64,000 nucleotides of DNA, taken from assembly GCF_009914755.1 (NCBI RefSeq), contig NC_060947.1. One strand, written 5' to 3'. The stretch comes from the human T2T-CHM13v2.0 reference genome, Homo sapiens. The notes beneath the pieces are model-generated. The model did no database searches and was not told the origin of the DNA. It worked only from the letters and a program-made list of their open reading frames with translations. The position numbers were made by a program, and so were the translations under genes. Shown one piece after another: positions 27,386 through 40,251 of the stretch (its first letter is position 1; every line of letters starts with the position of its first letter).

Positions 27386-30239
27386 CCTAGGTAGAGGAAG
27401 ATCTAGCAGCTTCCACTTGTCCTTTTCAACCATAATAGCCCTTACTGCAAAAGTCATTCTTTGGGATTCTGCCAGTTGCTGAGTATATCTACACTAATTA
27501 TTCATTCTTAAAATGGGAAAATAATCATAGGATGGACTCAGGGACCCACTGGGCCCACTGTGAGGTGGACCTGAGCTAAAACTCCATTGTTCACCTGACC
27601 TCCATACAACCTTACTCTGACAATGATGTTTTAGGCCTCCTGAAATTAGTGTCAGAGCCAATAGTAGTCCCTGAAAGGTCTGATTATTTTCTTTTCTCCT
27701 ATGCAGAGTTACCCTGGCATAAGGCTGTAGGTTCCTTTGGGAAAGGTTGGGAGACAGATTAATAATATTCATTTTTGGCAGTGTTTCAGGGTCCTTCCTC
27801 AAGGGGATCTGGCCTCCTTTTCAATTCAAGAGTTTCTGTGTCTGTGAACTGGCTCATATCTGAGAATTGATTGAGGAGCTATGACACTCTTTTTATGATT
27901 CAGGTTACACGTTTATTAATTTGACCTAAAGTTTTCTGCTTATACAGATCAAACATAACTTTAGTAGACTTCTGTCTTTGTCCACTCAGACTGCTCTGAT
28001 AAAATACCATAGACTGGGTTGTTTTAACAACAGACATTTATTTTTCATAATTCTGGAGTCAGACTCTTTATTATATGACCCTATCAGATGTCCCAATTAC
28101 TTGTACTGATTATACCAAATCTGTTCTGTTTGTCTTAGGCAACATTGAAGTAGAGTGATCATGACTATAACTCATAGTAGGATGACTGAACCCATCTGCA
28201 GGATAGATTTCAGTCACTTGTAGTCAAGGCAGTTAAATATATAAAAGCACAGAAAAGAGCCCAACAATAACAAGATGAGGCTAAAGGGAATCATATCAGT
28301 GTACAAAATATTAATCTTATTATTGTTTCAAGTGGAGGCTATTTCTGGAGTCAGTGGATGTTAGGAGGTTTCTGAGAATTCTTAGATTGGGATTTCTTCT
28401 TGGCCAGAAATTAAGTTGAGAATGGTGGGAACATGAAATTGGCCAGATGCCCTGTGAACAAGAGCTGAGAGAGAGATTAATGGTCTCCCTTCCAACTCGT
28501 GACCATTCAGGGTCAACGGTGTTTTCTCCCCACCATTCATGGTTGTTCTCTTTCCACAGCCACAAGACTGATGTGACTTGTTTCTGCAGCAGTCACTTCA
28601 CTGTTTTTCCAGTCTTCTCAATGTCTTACCCACTCCATATCTCTGACCTCATCCCTATGTGGTTTGGAAGTTTCTTCTTTGTATTTCTTGTACCATCTAG
28701 ATTATCTCACACTCCCTGACATGTGGGTCATGCCAAGATCACCTTAGGAGTGGTCATTTCATATTTATGATCAGTACCATCAATGTCCATAATTGCCCAA
28801 ATATAGCCAGATGGCAAAAGAAGCATTAGGTTAGTCTCCCACCCCCACAGCTTACAAGTTCTAGTAGCTTGATTTCCCAGGAGTAGGTGTAGGAGTGAAA
28901 AAGTAGAGTGAGAGGAGAAAATTATGGTTTGTATTTTCTTACTGCCAGCCTGGACTTCCTTTCCTACTCTTCAGCCTCATAATTAAACATTTTATTTAAA
29001 TAGGAGTTACCTTTCTGAAGAATTACCACATTTAGAGCCCAAACTGCCTGTCTTAAGTGTGTGCTCCATTGGGATCTGAGCCTTGGTTAACCAGTTGTCT
29101 TTTTCATTTTCTCCCTTAAGAGTCCACTTTATCTTTCAGTGGCACCTGCTGCCTGGAAATGATATGGGGCATAAAATATCCAGAGAATATCTATATGGCT
29201 GCCCACTGTTTGTTACTTTTTGCTATAAAGGCAGTACCAGTGTCTGACCAGATGTGTTCAGGGAATCCAAATATGTAACATAGTCCATCTTAGAGTCACT
29301 GAATAGTATGGCCCCCATTTGCTAAGTTGATAAGAATAGCAATGCCATGCCTGAAAAGTTGTCTATGAAAGTCAATGTCCAGTGGTATCCTCAAGAGGAG
29401 GATAGGATGTACATATTTTCCAGGATTGGCCAGGTCTGGTACCTCTGGCTATGTGTCCCAAAGCTCCCTTTGCCACTTGGTTGTATAGCTTTCAGTCTGA
29501 ACACATCTGCCAGGCTTCAAGTCTCATGTTCTGGAATCACTAGGTCTTGTTTTTATTTTGGCCCAGTCCTGAATTGTAAATAGATTACTGTACCCCATGT
29601 GATGTTATATTCAGGTGGATGCCCTACCCAGGTGTCCTTTTATGGGCAGTACAGATTTGATCATCTTGCTGTTGCCATTGATGTTCATCTTCAATGGGTC
29701 CTTTGTCGTGGGCATCCCTGTTAGTCATTAACAGAGGTTGTGGTCCTGTGCAATTTGCTGCTATGTTGTTTGTCTCTGCCGGGACTGAGACTTGATCATC
29801 CAGTCATCCTACTGCCAGTTACTACACTGCCAGACTCTTGACTCCTGCTCATAAGTCAATGAAAAATATAACAGGGTGCATTTTGGGGGATGTTTTCCAG
29901 GGAAAACACCATGAAAATATATCACTAAACAGACATCCCTTTTCCATGAGCAGTTACAGTACACAGTTTTATTTGGAGATGCAATGCAGCAGTGGCCCAG
30001 CACATCTCACTGGTTTTGAACTTAGCTGATCCATCTGTAAACCAGGCCCAGGTGTCCTCAGGAACCTCAGTGTACTAAAGCACTCAAGAAGTTGAAGGTG
30101 CTGGCAGAGACCCCACATCTAAGACAGCCTCATCTAAAACACGACCAGCCAATATTTCATGTAACTGTGAGGCTCCATAATGCCAAGCTTACTTTTTCCC
30201 GGATATACAACTTCCACTTAATAATGGAGGCTTGTTGGG

Positions 30240-30606
30240 TGCTATAGTTTGAATATTTTTGTCCCCTTCAAATTTCATATTAAAACTTAATCTGCAATGC
30301 AACAGTATTGGGAGATGTGGCCTTTGGGTGGTGATTGAGTCATGAGGGTAGAGCTGTTATAGGATTAGGTGCCATTATAAAAGAGCTAGATGGAGGGAGC
30401 CCATCCCTTTTTTGCACTTCCACCTTTTGCCACATGAAGACATAGGGTTCCTCCCCTTCAGAGGATGCAACACTTACCAGACAACCAAATATGCTACCAC
30501 CTTGATGTTGGACTTTCCAGCCTCCAGAACTGTGAGAGAATAAATTTCTATTCCTTATGAATTACCCAGTCTATGGTATTTTGTTGTAACAGCACAAACG
30601 AAGACA
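30240..30606 (+). mobile_element. MST/MLT1A-type MaLR solo LTR
   Basis: TG...CA ends, 'ggactttccagcctccagaactgtgag', and TSD TTGGG. Confidence 0.88.
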
Positions 30607-30817
30607 TTGGGCAACATCTACTTTGTTGATGTTCTCCTTTCTGACCCACCTCACAGTACAAATGTCGGGGTGTCACAACACCTGCTGCTGCTTTGTTAGT
30701 CTCTCAGAGTCCACCAGCAACCAATAACAACCAGTAATAGGCTGACAAATGGACTATGCCAGGTGGTCATGCCAGCCAAGTGCTGTGTCCAAAACCCCAG
30801 GAAGCACCATTGCCTAG

Positions 30818-31166
30818 TGTATTAGTCTGTTCTCATGCTGCTGGTAAACACATACCTGAGATTGGGCAATTTATGAAAGAAAGAGGTTTCAATGGACTCA
30901 CAGTTCCACATGACTGGGGAGGCCTCATAATCATGGCAGAAGTCAAGGAGGAGCAAGTCACATCTTGCATGGATGGCAGCAGGCAAAAAGAGAACTTGTT
31001 CAGGGGAACTCCTCTTTATAAAACTGTCATGTCTTGTGAAATTTATTCACTATCATGGAACAGCATGGGAAAGACTTGCCCCCATGATTCAGTTACCTCC
31101 CGTCCCTCCCACAACACGTGGAAATTCAAGATGAGATTTGGGTAGGGACACAGCGAAACCATATCA
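30818..31166 (-). mobile_element. THE1-type solo LTR
   Basis: 'tgtattagtctgttctcatgctgctggtaaa...aaaccatatca' with TSD CCTAG. Confidence 0.92.
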
Positions 31167-31627
31167 CCTAGTGACCACATTGTTTTGTCATAAGCTCCAG
31201 TCTGTGTAATTGTCAATTACTGACACTTGTAGCTCAAAGGGCTTTTCAGAACTGACTGGCCTGAGTGGTAAGTCTGTACAGATTCACAGGACGGGTATAA
31301 AATTACGTAGTTTCTTTAGTCACTTCTGCCTCCATTAGTCCTTGGTTAGTATAGTGACATCCATTTCCCACCCCAATATCTTTATTGCTTTGAAGTTACT
31401 ACATGACTAGACTGGGGAAGTCTGGAAGTCTAGCAGGCTTCTGGTTGTACACTCACACTACTAGCACTGTTCTAATTGTGTCATTTCCCCACAGGGAATA
31501 TCCATTGCAACCATGAAATGTTACAACCACTTGAGTGTATATTGGTCTGAAAGGACCCATATGTAAGATTTTATAAGTTCATTGTCCAATCTGAGATTTC
31601 CAAATCTAGTTAAAGTAATTTTGAGGC

Positions 31628-32090
31628 TATGTTAATTTCCTATTGCTGCTACAACAAATTAGTACAAACTCAGTGGCTCAAAAAATATATACATTTGTTT
31701 TATTACAATTCTGGAGATCAGAAGCCTAAAATTAAGGTGTTTGTAGGGCTGCATTTCTTCTGGAGGCTTCTGGGGATAATCTATGTCCTTGCCTTTTCAA
31801 TCTTCTAGAGGCCACCTGCATTCCTTGGCTTGTGGCCCCTAACTCCATCTTCAAAGCCAGCAGCATAGTATTTTCTCTCCTCTCTGACTTTCTGACTCCC
31901 TCTTATAAGAATTATAATGCCTCTTGTGATTACACTGGGCCAGCGTGGATAATCCAGCATTATTTTCCCACCTCAAAATTTGTAACATAATCACATCTAC
32001 TAAGTTCCTTTTCCCATGTAACATATTCATAGTTTCTGGGGATTAGGATGTGAACATTTTGAGGGGGACAGCATCATTCCACCTGCCACA
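31628..32090 (-). mobile_element. MLT1 (B/C-like) MaLR LTR
   Basis: 'ttcctattgctgctacaacaaatt...ttctggagatcagaagcctaaaattaaggtg...cctgccaca'. Confidence 0.82.
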
Positions 32091-34647
32091 CTAGCCATGA
32101 CTATGGATGCTAGCTAGCCAGCATCACAATGGCTTGTATCCCAGTGTTCAGAAGAGTTGAAAAGGTTTGGCAACCTTGGTTGCTGTCAAGTCAGTAACAC
32201 ACCTTGACCAGTGTATAAGGCCTCCAGTCCCACTTAGAGAAGCAGGGACCTTGGCCTCTGCCCTAGTTGTTCTTTTCTTGAAGCGGGGCAGGACCTGGGT
32301 TAAGAGGTAGTGTTGAAGGTGTTGGGTCAACACTAGCTTGAACAGCACAAATTTCATCAAGGATTCTAGGTCCTTTTGGTGCTCCTCCTGTTTGTCCACA
32401 GTAAACACCAAAGCTAGCTAAGGATTATTCCCTCCTACAGCCAGGATCTTTAAATTTTGTGGTCCTCTTGTGGCCTGATAGTAAGAGAGAACTTCTCTCA
32501 TGGGAATATTATCAATCTCTTGGGGGACCCTGGTATAATAGCCAGGTCTACAAGGTACTATTGTCTGGATCTTCAGTTGGTTTCTTTTTCTCCTCCTTAG
32601 CCTGAAGGACATTTTCCTAGTCCTGTGTTCTGTAGCATTTTGTTTCCCAGGAGCTGAGGAGTTTTCTGGAGGCTATGTCTGGGACACAAGAGAAGATTTT
32701 TATTGCCGCTGATAGCCTGGTGGTGCCAACTGAACAAACCAGTGAATCTGACCCTGTATGACTATCTCATCACCTAAGAACTCTTGTTCTCCACTATAAA
32801 TCCAGGCTCAGGTTACTTTAGCTCTAAGGGAAGTTATAGCTGCCCCTGCTCTCACCCACAGGTGTTTATCAAATACAGAAACTCATCTCAGGTTGGTCAC
32901 TGTTTCATTATGAATGTAAAGACCTACTGCAACAATTCCTCACTGGTCTTGACATACTCTTCTATGTCAATGTTATTAGCTGAAGTGTATGTGGCCAGGC
33001 TGGCTTGGAGCATGGGGCCAGTCTTTATATGACTGAGTGATTTCCATTCCTTCTCATTTATAAAAACTGGAATGGCTATCTCATCTGCTAGTCGGATAAG
33101 CCAAGCCCCTGTACTCTTATTGGAATCTGTTCAAAGCTTTCTCCAATTTACCTAATTTCTAGCTCATTGTAAGAGTGGACCACGGCACATGTATGAGTAA
33201 CTGACTGCGCTTGATTATCAGGGCACGTTATCTGCGGTTATGGCCAGGGATTAGAGGGAAACAGTTTTGCTTTCCCAATGGGACAGAAGGGTGGATAATA
33301 ACCATGGAATACTTCTTTTTGGCTTTATGGAGTCCCTATCTCTTATCTATAACTATCAATGCAAGTCATCAGGGGTCTCAGGGATGATGGTCAAGGACCA
33401 CTTGTCCCCCTTTATTGCCAAACGCTTCAGTAACCAGGTCTGCGCTACCACTCACCAATGTTCCATACCTGGCTACCCAGCTTGTGGGGTCACAGCTGTC
33501 TTTTTTTCCAAAAAGGCACTGTGACTTTATAGGCCTCCAGGAAGAGAGGATTAAAAATTGGAATGGAGTCAATCTGTCAGGGTAAGGCCAAAGTCCCCTA
33601 TAGTGTGGCCTCTTTTATTATATACAAATGGCCAAATTTTGTAGGAGTTATAGTTTTTCTATCAGGAACATACTGTTATTTAGCTTGCAAAACACAGCAG
33701 TTTTTCTATGATGCCAGAGGGATTCAGTGTTGTGAAGCTACCTACATTGTTTCAAGAAATTTTATTTGAAAAGCAGGCCTTGAATTTTGGGGGAGCTTAT
33801 CAGTTTTTCCCGTAGCTGGGCAGCCAAGCCTGCTGATAATGAAACCTTTGTCAACCAACAAGACATCATTTATACAGTGAAAACTTTGGACATCAGAGGA
33901 ATTTCCTAACACCGTATAAACATTCAAGATTCAAGTATGTAACCTATTTTAAACCAATTACACATTTTTACAACTATATACACAATGGATCTTCTCAAGC
34001 CTCACTCAAGTTACTTTTTTTCTGTCTCCATAGCAAGTTTTGCCCAAACTCTACTAGGCATCTTTTTTTTCACAGAAACATAGAACAAGAGGCACCTCCA
34101 GAGTTACAGGGTAGCTGGAAGCTCAGAGAATAGGGGAATAGGGTGGCACAGGGTGAGCAACTTACACCAGTAAGTGCATCTTTGCACTTACTTTTTTGTG
34201 GTTGTAAATGGCCATTCACTGGGCTTCAACAAATGTACTCTTAATAACATCAAAGCATCAATTGAACAGCTGGTTTCAATCTTACTTCTAGCCACTTGAC
34301 TTCCAAATGTTTATCAGCAGGTAACATGGTAACACTATGGGATCCCTGGGAGTCCTGTCCCTTAACAGGGCTCATACAGACCCTGTGCGAGGACCCTTAC
34401 TTCTCCTCCCTCACCTACCTCTTAGGCAAGGGCTATGTTACCAGATCCTGGGAGTCTTATCCTTCCTAATATGGCCTATGTAATCCCTTAATAGGAGGAC
34501 CCTCCTTCACCTTTTGCCCACCACATAGGCAAAAGCATGTGCAACCAGATGCCAAGGAATCTATCTTTTCACTTAACCAGGACTGTGCAGCTCCATGTTT
34601 TCTAAAAGGACACTATAAATTTACTGGCTTCACATTGACACAAAATT

Positions 34648-35183
34648 TGTCAGGCTCACAAGTAATAATAAGGCAAAGCCAAGGCCTGACTGATTTGACT
34701 AGTAAAAATTCAACAAGCTGCTTTTAGATTTAGGCAGTTTAGTACTTACATAGACAGTGAAAGAAAGATTAGCCAAAGGTGCCAGATCCCTGTGATCCTT
34801 GTCTCACACACCAAAAAGGATGACACCAAAAGGGACTAGGAGACTACAACACAACTTGTACAGTACTTTGTTACTGAGGAGCTAAATCTAGATAGCAGTT
34901 AAGTGATTCTATATCTTGCAGCCCTATTTTGAAGAGGATGGGACAGAAAGCCTATTACCTCCTCAGAACCAGGAAGTAGATGGGAAACTGTCTCATGACA
35001 GCCTCCCGGGGAACTAGGAAGGTAAGAGATCGCCTTACAGCAGCTTCTTATAGGCTTCCCATTCTCTTGTGTTCCAGGAGGATCATAAGGCACTCTTCTA
35101 AAACCCAGGTTAGGTGTGGTTCAAGCCTTTGCCAATGTGGATACAAACAAGGCACAAGGGCACCATGACAGAACCATTCCCTT
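34648..35183 (-). mobile_element. 5' LTR of the old class III ERV
   Basis: Shares 'gcctgactgatttgact.gtaaaaat', 'cagtttagtacttacata' and 'ttgtgttc..ggaggatca' with 19264-19794. Confidence 0.8.
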
Positions 35184-36498
35184 TGGGTGAAAACCATAGA
35201 TGTGAACCCAGTGATCCATAGAATTACTAAGTCTGTTTAGGCCTTTCACATTTATAATGAGGGATATCTCATTTTCCTCCTCCTCATTTAGCCATTCATT
35301 CTCAATCTACTTTGCTGTCTCTTCTATTTTTCCCCTCCCTGCTCAACATTTTACTCTACACAAACTTCAAATTGAGAACCTATACTCCTTTAGTGTACTT
35401 TTGTTTGTGTTTGCTCCCTGTCTAGATTCTGAAATGTTTGTGGGGAAATATTCCATTTCATTGCCTTTTCTATATCCAGTAGATATCACACTGAATGAAA
35501 TATGGTAGGCTATTTGTTGAATTAAAATTAATTTTAGCATTGACACTAATTGGAAAAAGATCCCATCCAATCTGGAATTAGTAGATGATTTTTCTGTATG
35601 TGCTGTATGTGTCTTGTTTGTGATTTTAGTGCATCAAGTGCTATATAAATTCTGTTAGGCAAGTGAGGGATTTGAGGACTAGAAATTGGACTCAATTTTC
35701 TGTGTCTGTCCTCACAGTGACTAGCTCAGTTCTCAATACAAAATATGTTAAGCATCATTTCTATCACTTTAGTAACTCATGTCTTCCCTACGGTTTTTGT
35801 CTCATCTACACATGGCCTGTACTTAATATTTTTAAAATTAAATTAACTCCAAAAATGAATCCTCTGGGTACTGAACAATATTATTAAATAAAAATAAATT
35901 TAAATGTTAATATATCCAAAGATACTCCCATCCTCAGAATCCCCTCCCAGAATATACCCTCCATCCCTATCGATGCTTCAAGGGTTCACCCACCAGTTCC
36001 AGGGGTTGGTATTTCCAGTCACAGAACCTCCTTAGGAGATGCGATGACTCTGAGTTAGGGCCACCATAGAAACCAGAGAAAGAACTGTTCCTGAAGCTAG
36101 AGAAAAGGAAAGTACTTACAATCTGAACCCAAAGGAATCTTGTACTTCCCATATCATGATCTCAGAACTTGTTTGAGCCAGTGAGGCAGAGCAGATGGCA
36201 GACCAGAAAGAAAAAAAAATGAGCTCACCTTGGCTTATTCTCCTTGAAGGGGAAGATATTCTAGCTTCATGCCTCTGAGGTTCTAGGAGAGATCACAGCC
36301 CCACAGCCACTCCTAGAAAAAGAGGCACCTGCATATCAAACAACTCTGAAGAAAATCTGCCAAATTCCAAACTTCCCCTCTCCCACACATTCCCCAGAGA
36401 AACTCCCCAACAAGGCCCTCAATAATAAAGTGGTAACACCAAGAGGATATATGTCAAAAGAAATATAGATCCAAGATTATTTTCTAGGTTTTAAGAAA

Positions 36499-37541
36499 GG
36501 CAATAGCAACAAAATCCAAAATAGACAAATGGGATCTAATTAAACTAAAGAGCTTCTGCACAGCAAAAGAAACTATCATCAGAGTGAACAGGCAACCTAC
36601 AGAATGGGAGAAAATTTTTGCAATCTACCCATCTGACAAAGGGCTAATATTCAGAATCTACAAAGAACTTAAACAAATTTACAAGAAAAAAACAACCCCA
36701 TCAAAAAGTGGGTGAAGGATATGAACAGACACTTCTCAAAAGAAGACATTTATGCAGCCAGCAGACATATGAAAAAATGCTCATCTTCACTGGTCATCAG
36801 AAAAATGCAAATCAAAACCACAGTAAGATACCATCTCACACCAGTTACAATGGCGATCATCAAAAAGTCAGGAAACAACAGATGCTGGAGAGGATGTGGA
36901 GAAATAGGAATGCTTTTACACTGTTGGTGGGAGTGTAAATTAGTTCAACCATTGTGGAAGACAGTGTGGCGATTCCTCAAGGATCTAGAACTTGAAATAC
37001 CATTTGACCCAGCAATCCCATTACTGGGTATATACCCAAAGGATTATAAATCATGCTACTATAAAGACACATGTACACATATGTTTTTTGTGGCACTATT
37101 CACAATAGCAAAGACTTGGAACCAACCCGAATGTCCATCAATGAAAGACTGGATTAAGAAAATGTGGCACATATACACCATGGAATATTATGCAGCCATA
37201 AAAAAGGATGATTTCATGTCCTTTGCAGGGACATGGATGAAGCTGTAAACCATCATTCTAAGCAAACTATCAGAAGGACAGAAAACCAAACACTGCATGT
37301 TCTCACTCATAAGTGGGAGTTGAACAATGAGAACACATGGACACAGGGCAGGGAACATCACACACCAGGGCCTGTCGGGGGGTGGGGGGCTAGGGGAGGG
37401 ATAGCAGTAGGAGAAATATCTAATGTAAATAATGAGTTGATGGGTGCAGCAAACCAACATGGCACATGTATACCTATGTAAAAAACCTGCACGTTGTGCA
37501 CATGTACCCTAGAACTTAAAGTATAATAATAATAATAATAA
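36499..37541 (+). mobile_element. 5'-truncated L1PA (ORF2 C-terminus and 3' UTR)
   Basis: ORF 36712..37248 is the L1 ORF2 C-terminal region ([23 protein letters not shown]). G-rich 3' UTR and (TAA)n tail follow. Confidence 0.95.
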
Positions 37542-37671
37542 ATGGTCTCTAAAAACATTAACAGGAGGAGGACTGGAGACCATGAGAAAGAAGAAAACTT
37601 AGGGGTAGAACATGAATCAGATAATAGAGACCTTTTCTTTATTTGTCTTTTATAAATATGAAAATAGGGCT

Positions 37672-38266
37672 CATCAATCTAAAATAATCAAAAACATGAG
37701 AATCTAGTTTAAAGAGAGTTTTATTCATGAGCAAAAGTTGAGGACAGGCTGCCCAGGAAAGCACAAGCTCCAAAGAATGGAAGTCAGTATTCCAAAGTGT
37801 AGAAGTTTGGGATCGTTTATATAAACAAAGTTCAGGAAAGTTTCACAGAATTTCAGTATCTTTCTATGTAAAGCTTAAGGCACAGTTACAATGATCTGAT
37901 TAGTTAAGGAGGTCCTTTTATTTCATGAAAGGTATATTTAACATTCCACAGTGAAGATGAAACTGTCATGGGGTTCCTATTCAGGTGCCATCTTGTCTGA
38001 GTTAGGTACAGGACAATAAAGGAAGCAGTTAATCTGTAATAAAGTTCAGTGATTGGAGGGGGAGGTCTTGTCTCTGGTCTTTCCTAGTCATTTACAGAAC
38101 AATAACAATGAGGACAAGAGTTAAGCTATAATCTGTGAAGTAGAGTTATAATCATGCTATGTGACTCAGATTACAGTCACATCTCGCTCAAGGCTTAAAA
38201 TGTTTTGAGGGTTCCAATGGCTTTTTTAAAATTCCAATGGCTTTTAAATCTGATTCATTTTTCACA
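37672..38266 (-). mobile_element. 3' LTR of a class I (MER4-group, MER65-like) ERV
   Basis: On the minus strand it begins TGTGAAAA right after the polypurine tract AAAAGGGGGAAA. Contains 'aaaataatcaaaa...gaatctagtttaaagagagttttatt'. Confidence 0.8.
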
Positions 38267-38536
38267 TTTCCCCCTTTTTAATCAATATCTTTCAAAGATT
38301 AGAAGGAGCAAGATTATGTGAAAAAAAAAGATATTTCAAAGAAAGCATCATAGATGAGCAAAACAATAGCTTTGCCTCCTTTTATGTTCAGGAGTATAGT
38401 CCCATGTCACTAGGAAGGTTCTTTCCTAGAATGTCATGTGCCATGGCAAAGGGAAATTGGACAAGCCATAAAGTTGATGGAGTATAGGCCAAATTTAAAG
38501 AAACATGAAAAAAGTGATTTTGTGACCTGTGTTAGG

Positions 38537-40020
38537 CTAAACAGATATATCTTCAATTAATGCAGTTCTTTGGGCAATCATTATTCTAATCTTTTTAGTC
38601 ATGCATTGACTCCATTGCAAACAAATGCCATAACAGCAGTGTAGACAAAAACAGGACAAAACACAACATATGATTATAATTCCCAGGATAAATAACAGAT
38701 TTTGCCACCAAATTCCCCAAAATCCAAACAAGCTGCTTAGCCAATTGCTTGGAGAGGGTTTTGGATCTGAAAGGTTGGTTAGTTGGGTTTTCATGCCATC
38801 GTTTAATTTAGTGATGTTATTTGATTCATCTGGGATATAGATACAACGTTCAGTTTTTATGATAGTGCAGGTTCCCCCTTGGGCAGCACTGAATATGCTT
38901 AAAGCCATAGAGTTCTATAATATACCATTTCTCACAAGAGTAATTTCATTATTTAATAACAAAATACCCATGCAGCTATCATTTAGTGCTTTTTGTGTAT
39001 AATTGGTTAGGGTCTCTACATGGCAAAATGACATGCTCAATACCTAGTTGTGGTGTGAAGATGGAAGCTAAATGGTCATACCAATAGGACACAACAAATC
39101 CAACAAGATTGTAAATGAGGAAAATTTGAAGGTTTTGACAAGGTATGAACTACTTAACCTTGCACCCAACCATAACCAAGGGAACATTGTCCTAACCTTC
39201 CTGGGGGTAACCATGGCCATAGGTTAGTGCCACATAGCCAAGACATTCTATTTGGAGCTAACTAATAAATACATGGTCATTGTGCCTATTCAGTGTTACG
39301 TCAATCAGTACTTTTTAACATAATGTTGTCGATACAATATTCTTTGGGTATCCATTCCATATCTCTAGTGCTACTGGGCCAGGTGTCTTTAGTATGATTT
39401 CTCTGTTCCCAACATAAAGGGTCAGGCTGGCTGAGCTGACCAAAGGAGGGGTTAAACCAGATAAAACCATCCCAAATTTGTTATACCATCCTGAAATAGT
39501 ATTGTCTTAGGTTTTAAGTGGGGCAGTGTTACTGTTTCATACATCAGTTGGGGTAGTGGCAGCGTTAAAGCTAATGAACTAAATTTTTTACTGAGAAGCT
39601 TTTCCCATGCCCTTTTTCTGCAAAGTACTAACAGGCCAATGATGAACATTGTTCTTAATTACACTAGTGTCAAGCACCAATGACTGGTTTTGAGAAAGAT
39701 GGATATATTTCTGACGTTTTATCCACTCTTGTCCGAAGGGAGGAGATACTCACCACAGAAGGCTAGAAATACTGGAAAGGGGCATGAGACTACACACCCG
39801 TCAAGCACCTTTTTGTTATCTATTACATAATCCTGGGCTCATTGCAGAAAGAGATTTGCTTCATAAGCAACAGCTGGTGATAGTAGTGCCAACATGGGAG
39901 AAACAAGGACAAAAGGAAAGAAGTTTAGTGGGAGTTTGTAAAGGAAGATGTTCCCCATCTATTAATAATTGTATATTAAGTATTCATTTAGATAGAGGCC
40001 TAACCCAGAGTCTTGTGTTT
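38537..40020 (-). pseudogene. Decayed class I ERV env
   Basis: TM subunit 'L*NSMALSIFSAAQGGTCTIIKTERCIYIPD' (immunosuppressive domain and degenerate CX6CC), followed by a hydrophobic anchor. In-frame stop at 38915-38917. Confidence 0.88.
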
Positions 40021-40251
40021 TAGCTGTCTAAATCAGATGTCATCTCTTCTTGAACTGGCATCAACTTATTTTAAGTTGGAGGTCACTTTCTGGGAAAACA
40101 GTCTACTCAGGAGATGGAACATTCTTTAGAAGAGAAATGTGGATCTTTGTGTCTATTCCTTCTAATTTAACAGCACAAGGGTTACTAAGAAGCACTTGGT
40201 AAGGGGCCCTCCATTTTGGTTGGAAAGAGTCTTTTCAAAGATGCTGGGGAG

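Larger units (their letters stand above)
22832..27980 (-). mobile_element. HERV-L/ERVL internal region (decayed pro, RT, RNase H, IN, dUTPase) with later insertions
   Basis: dUTPase-like ORF 23385..23690 (LRLPPGHFGILM...AGVI), IN 'FILTGIDIYSG' (ORF 23978..24166), RNase H 'WFTD' near 25265, 'ALQATLPLGPCDPADPMVLEV', and RT 'LVHYIDYIML' near 26530-26560. Confidence 0.9.
28080..33700 (-). mobile_element. Further decayed ERVL-class internal region (gag/pol remnants)
   Basis: Minus-strand RNase H 'AWFTDG' near 30030-30047. IN-like 'DNFSGMA' near 29345-29365 and 'SDTGTAF' near 29225-29250. Boundaries uncertain. Confidence 0.7.

Noticed and set aside
38537-38908. A syncytin-like domesticated env gene
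   Set aside because: There is a stop just upstream in the immunosuppressive domain, a broken CX6CC motif and a fragmented SU region.
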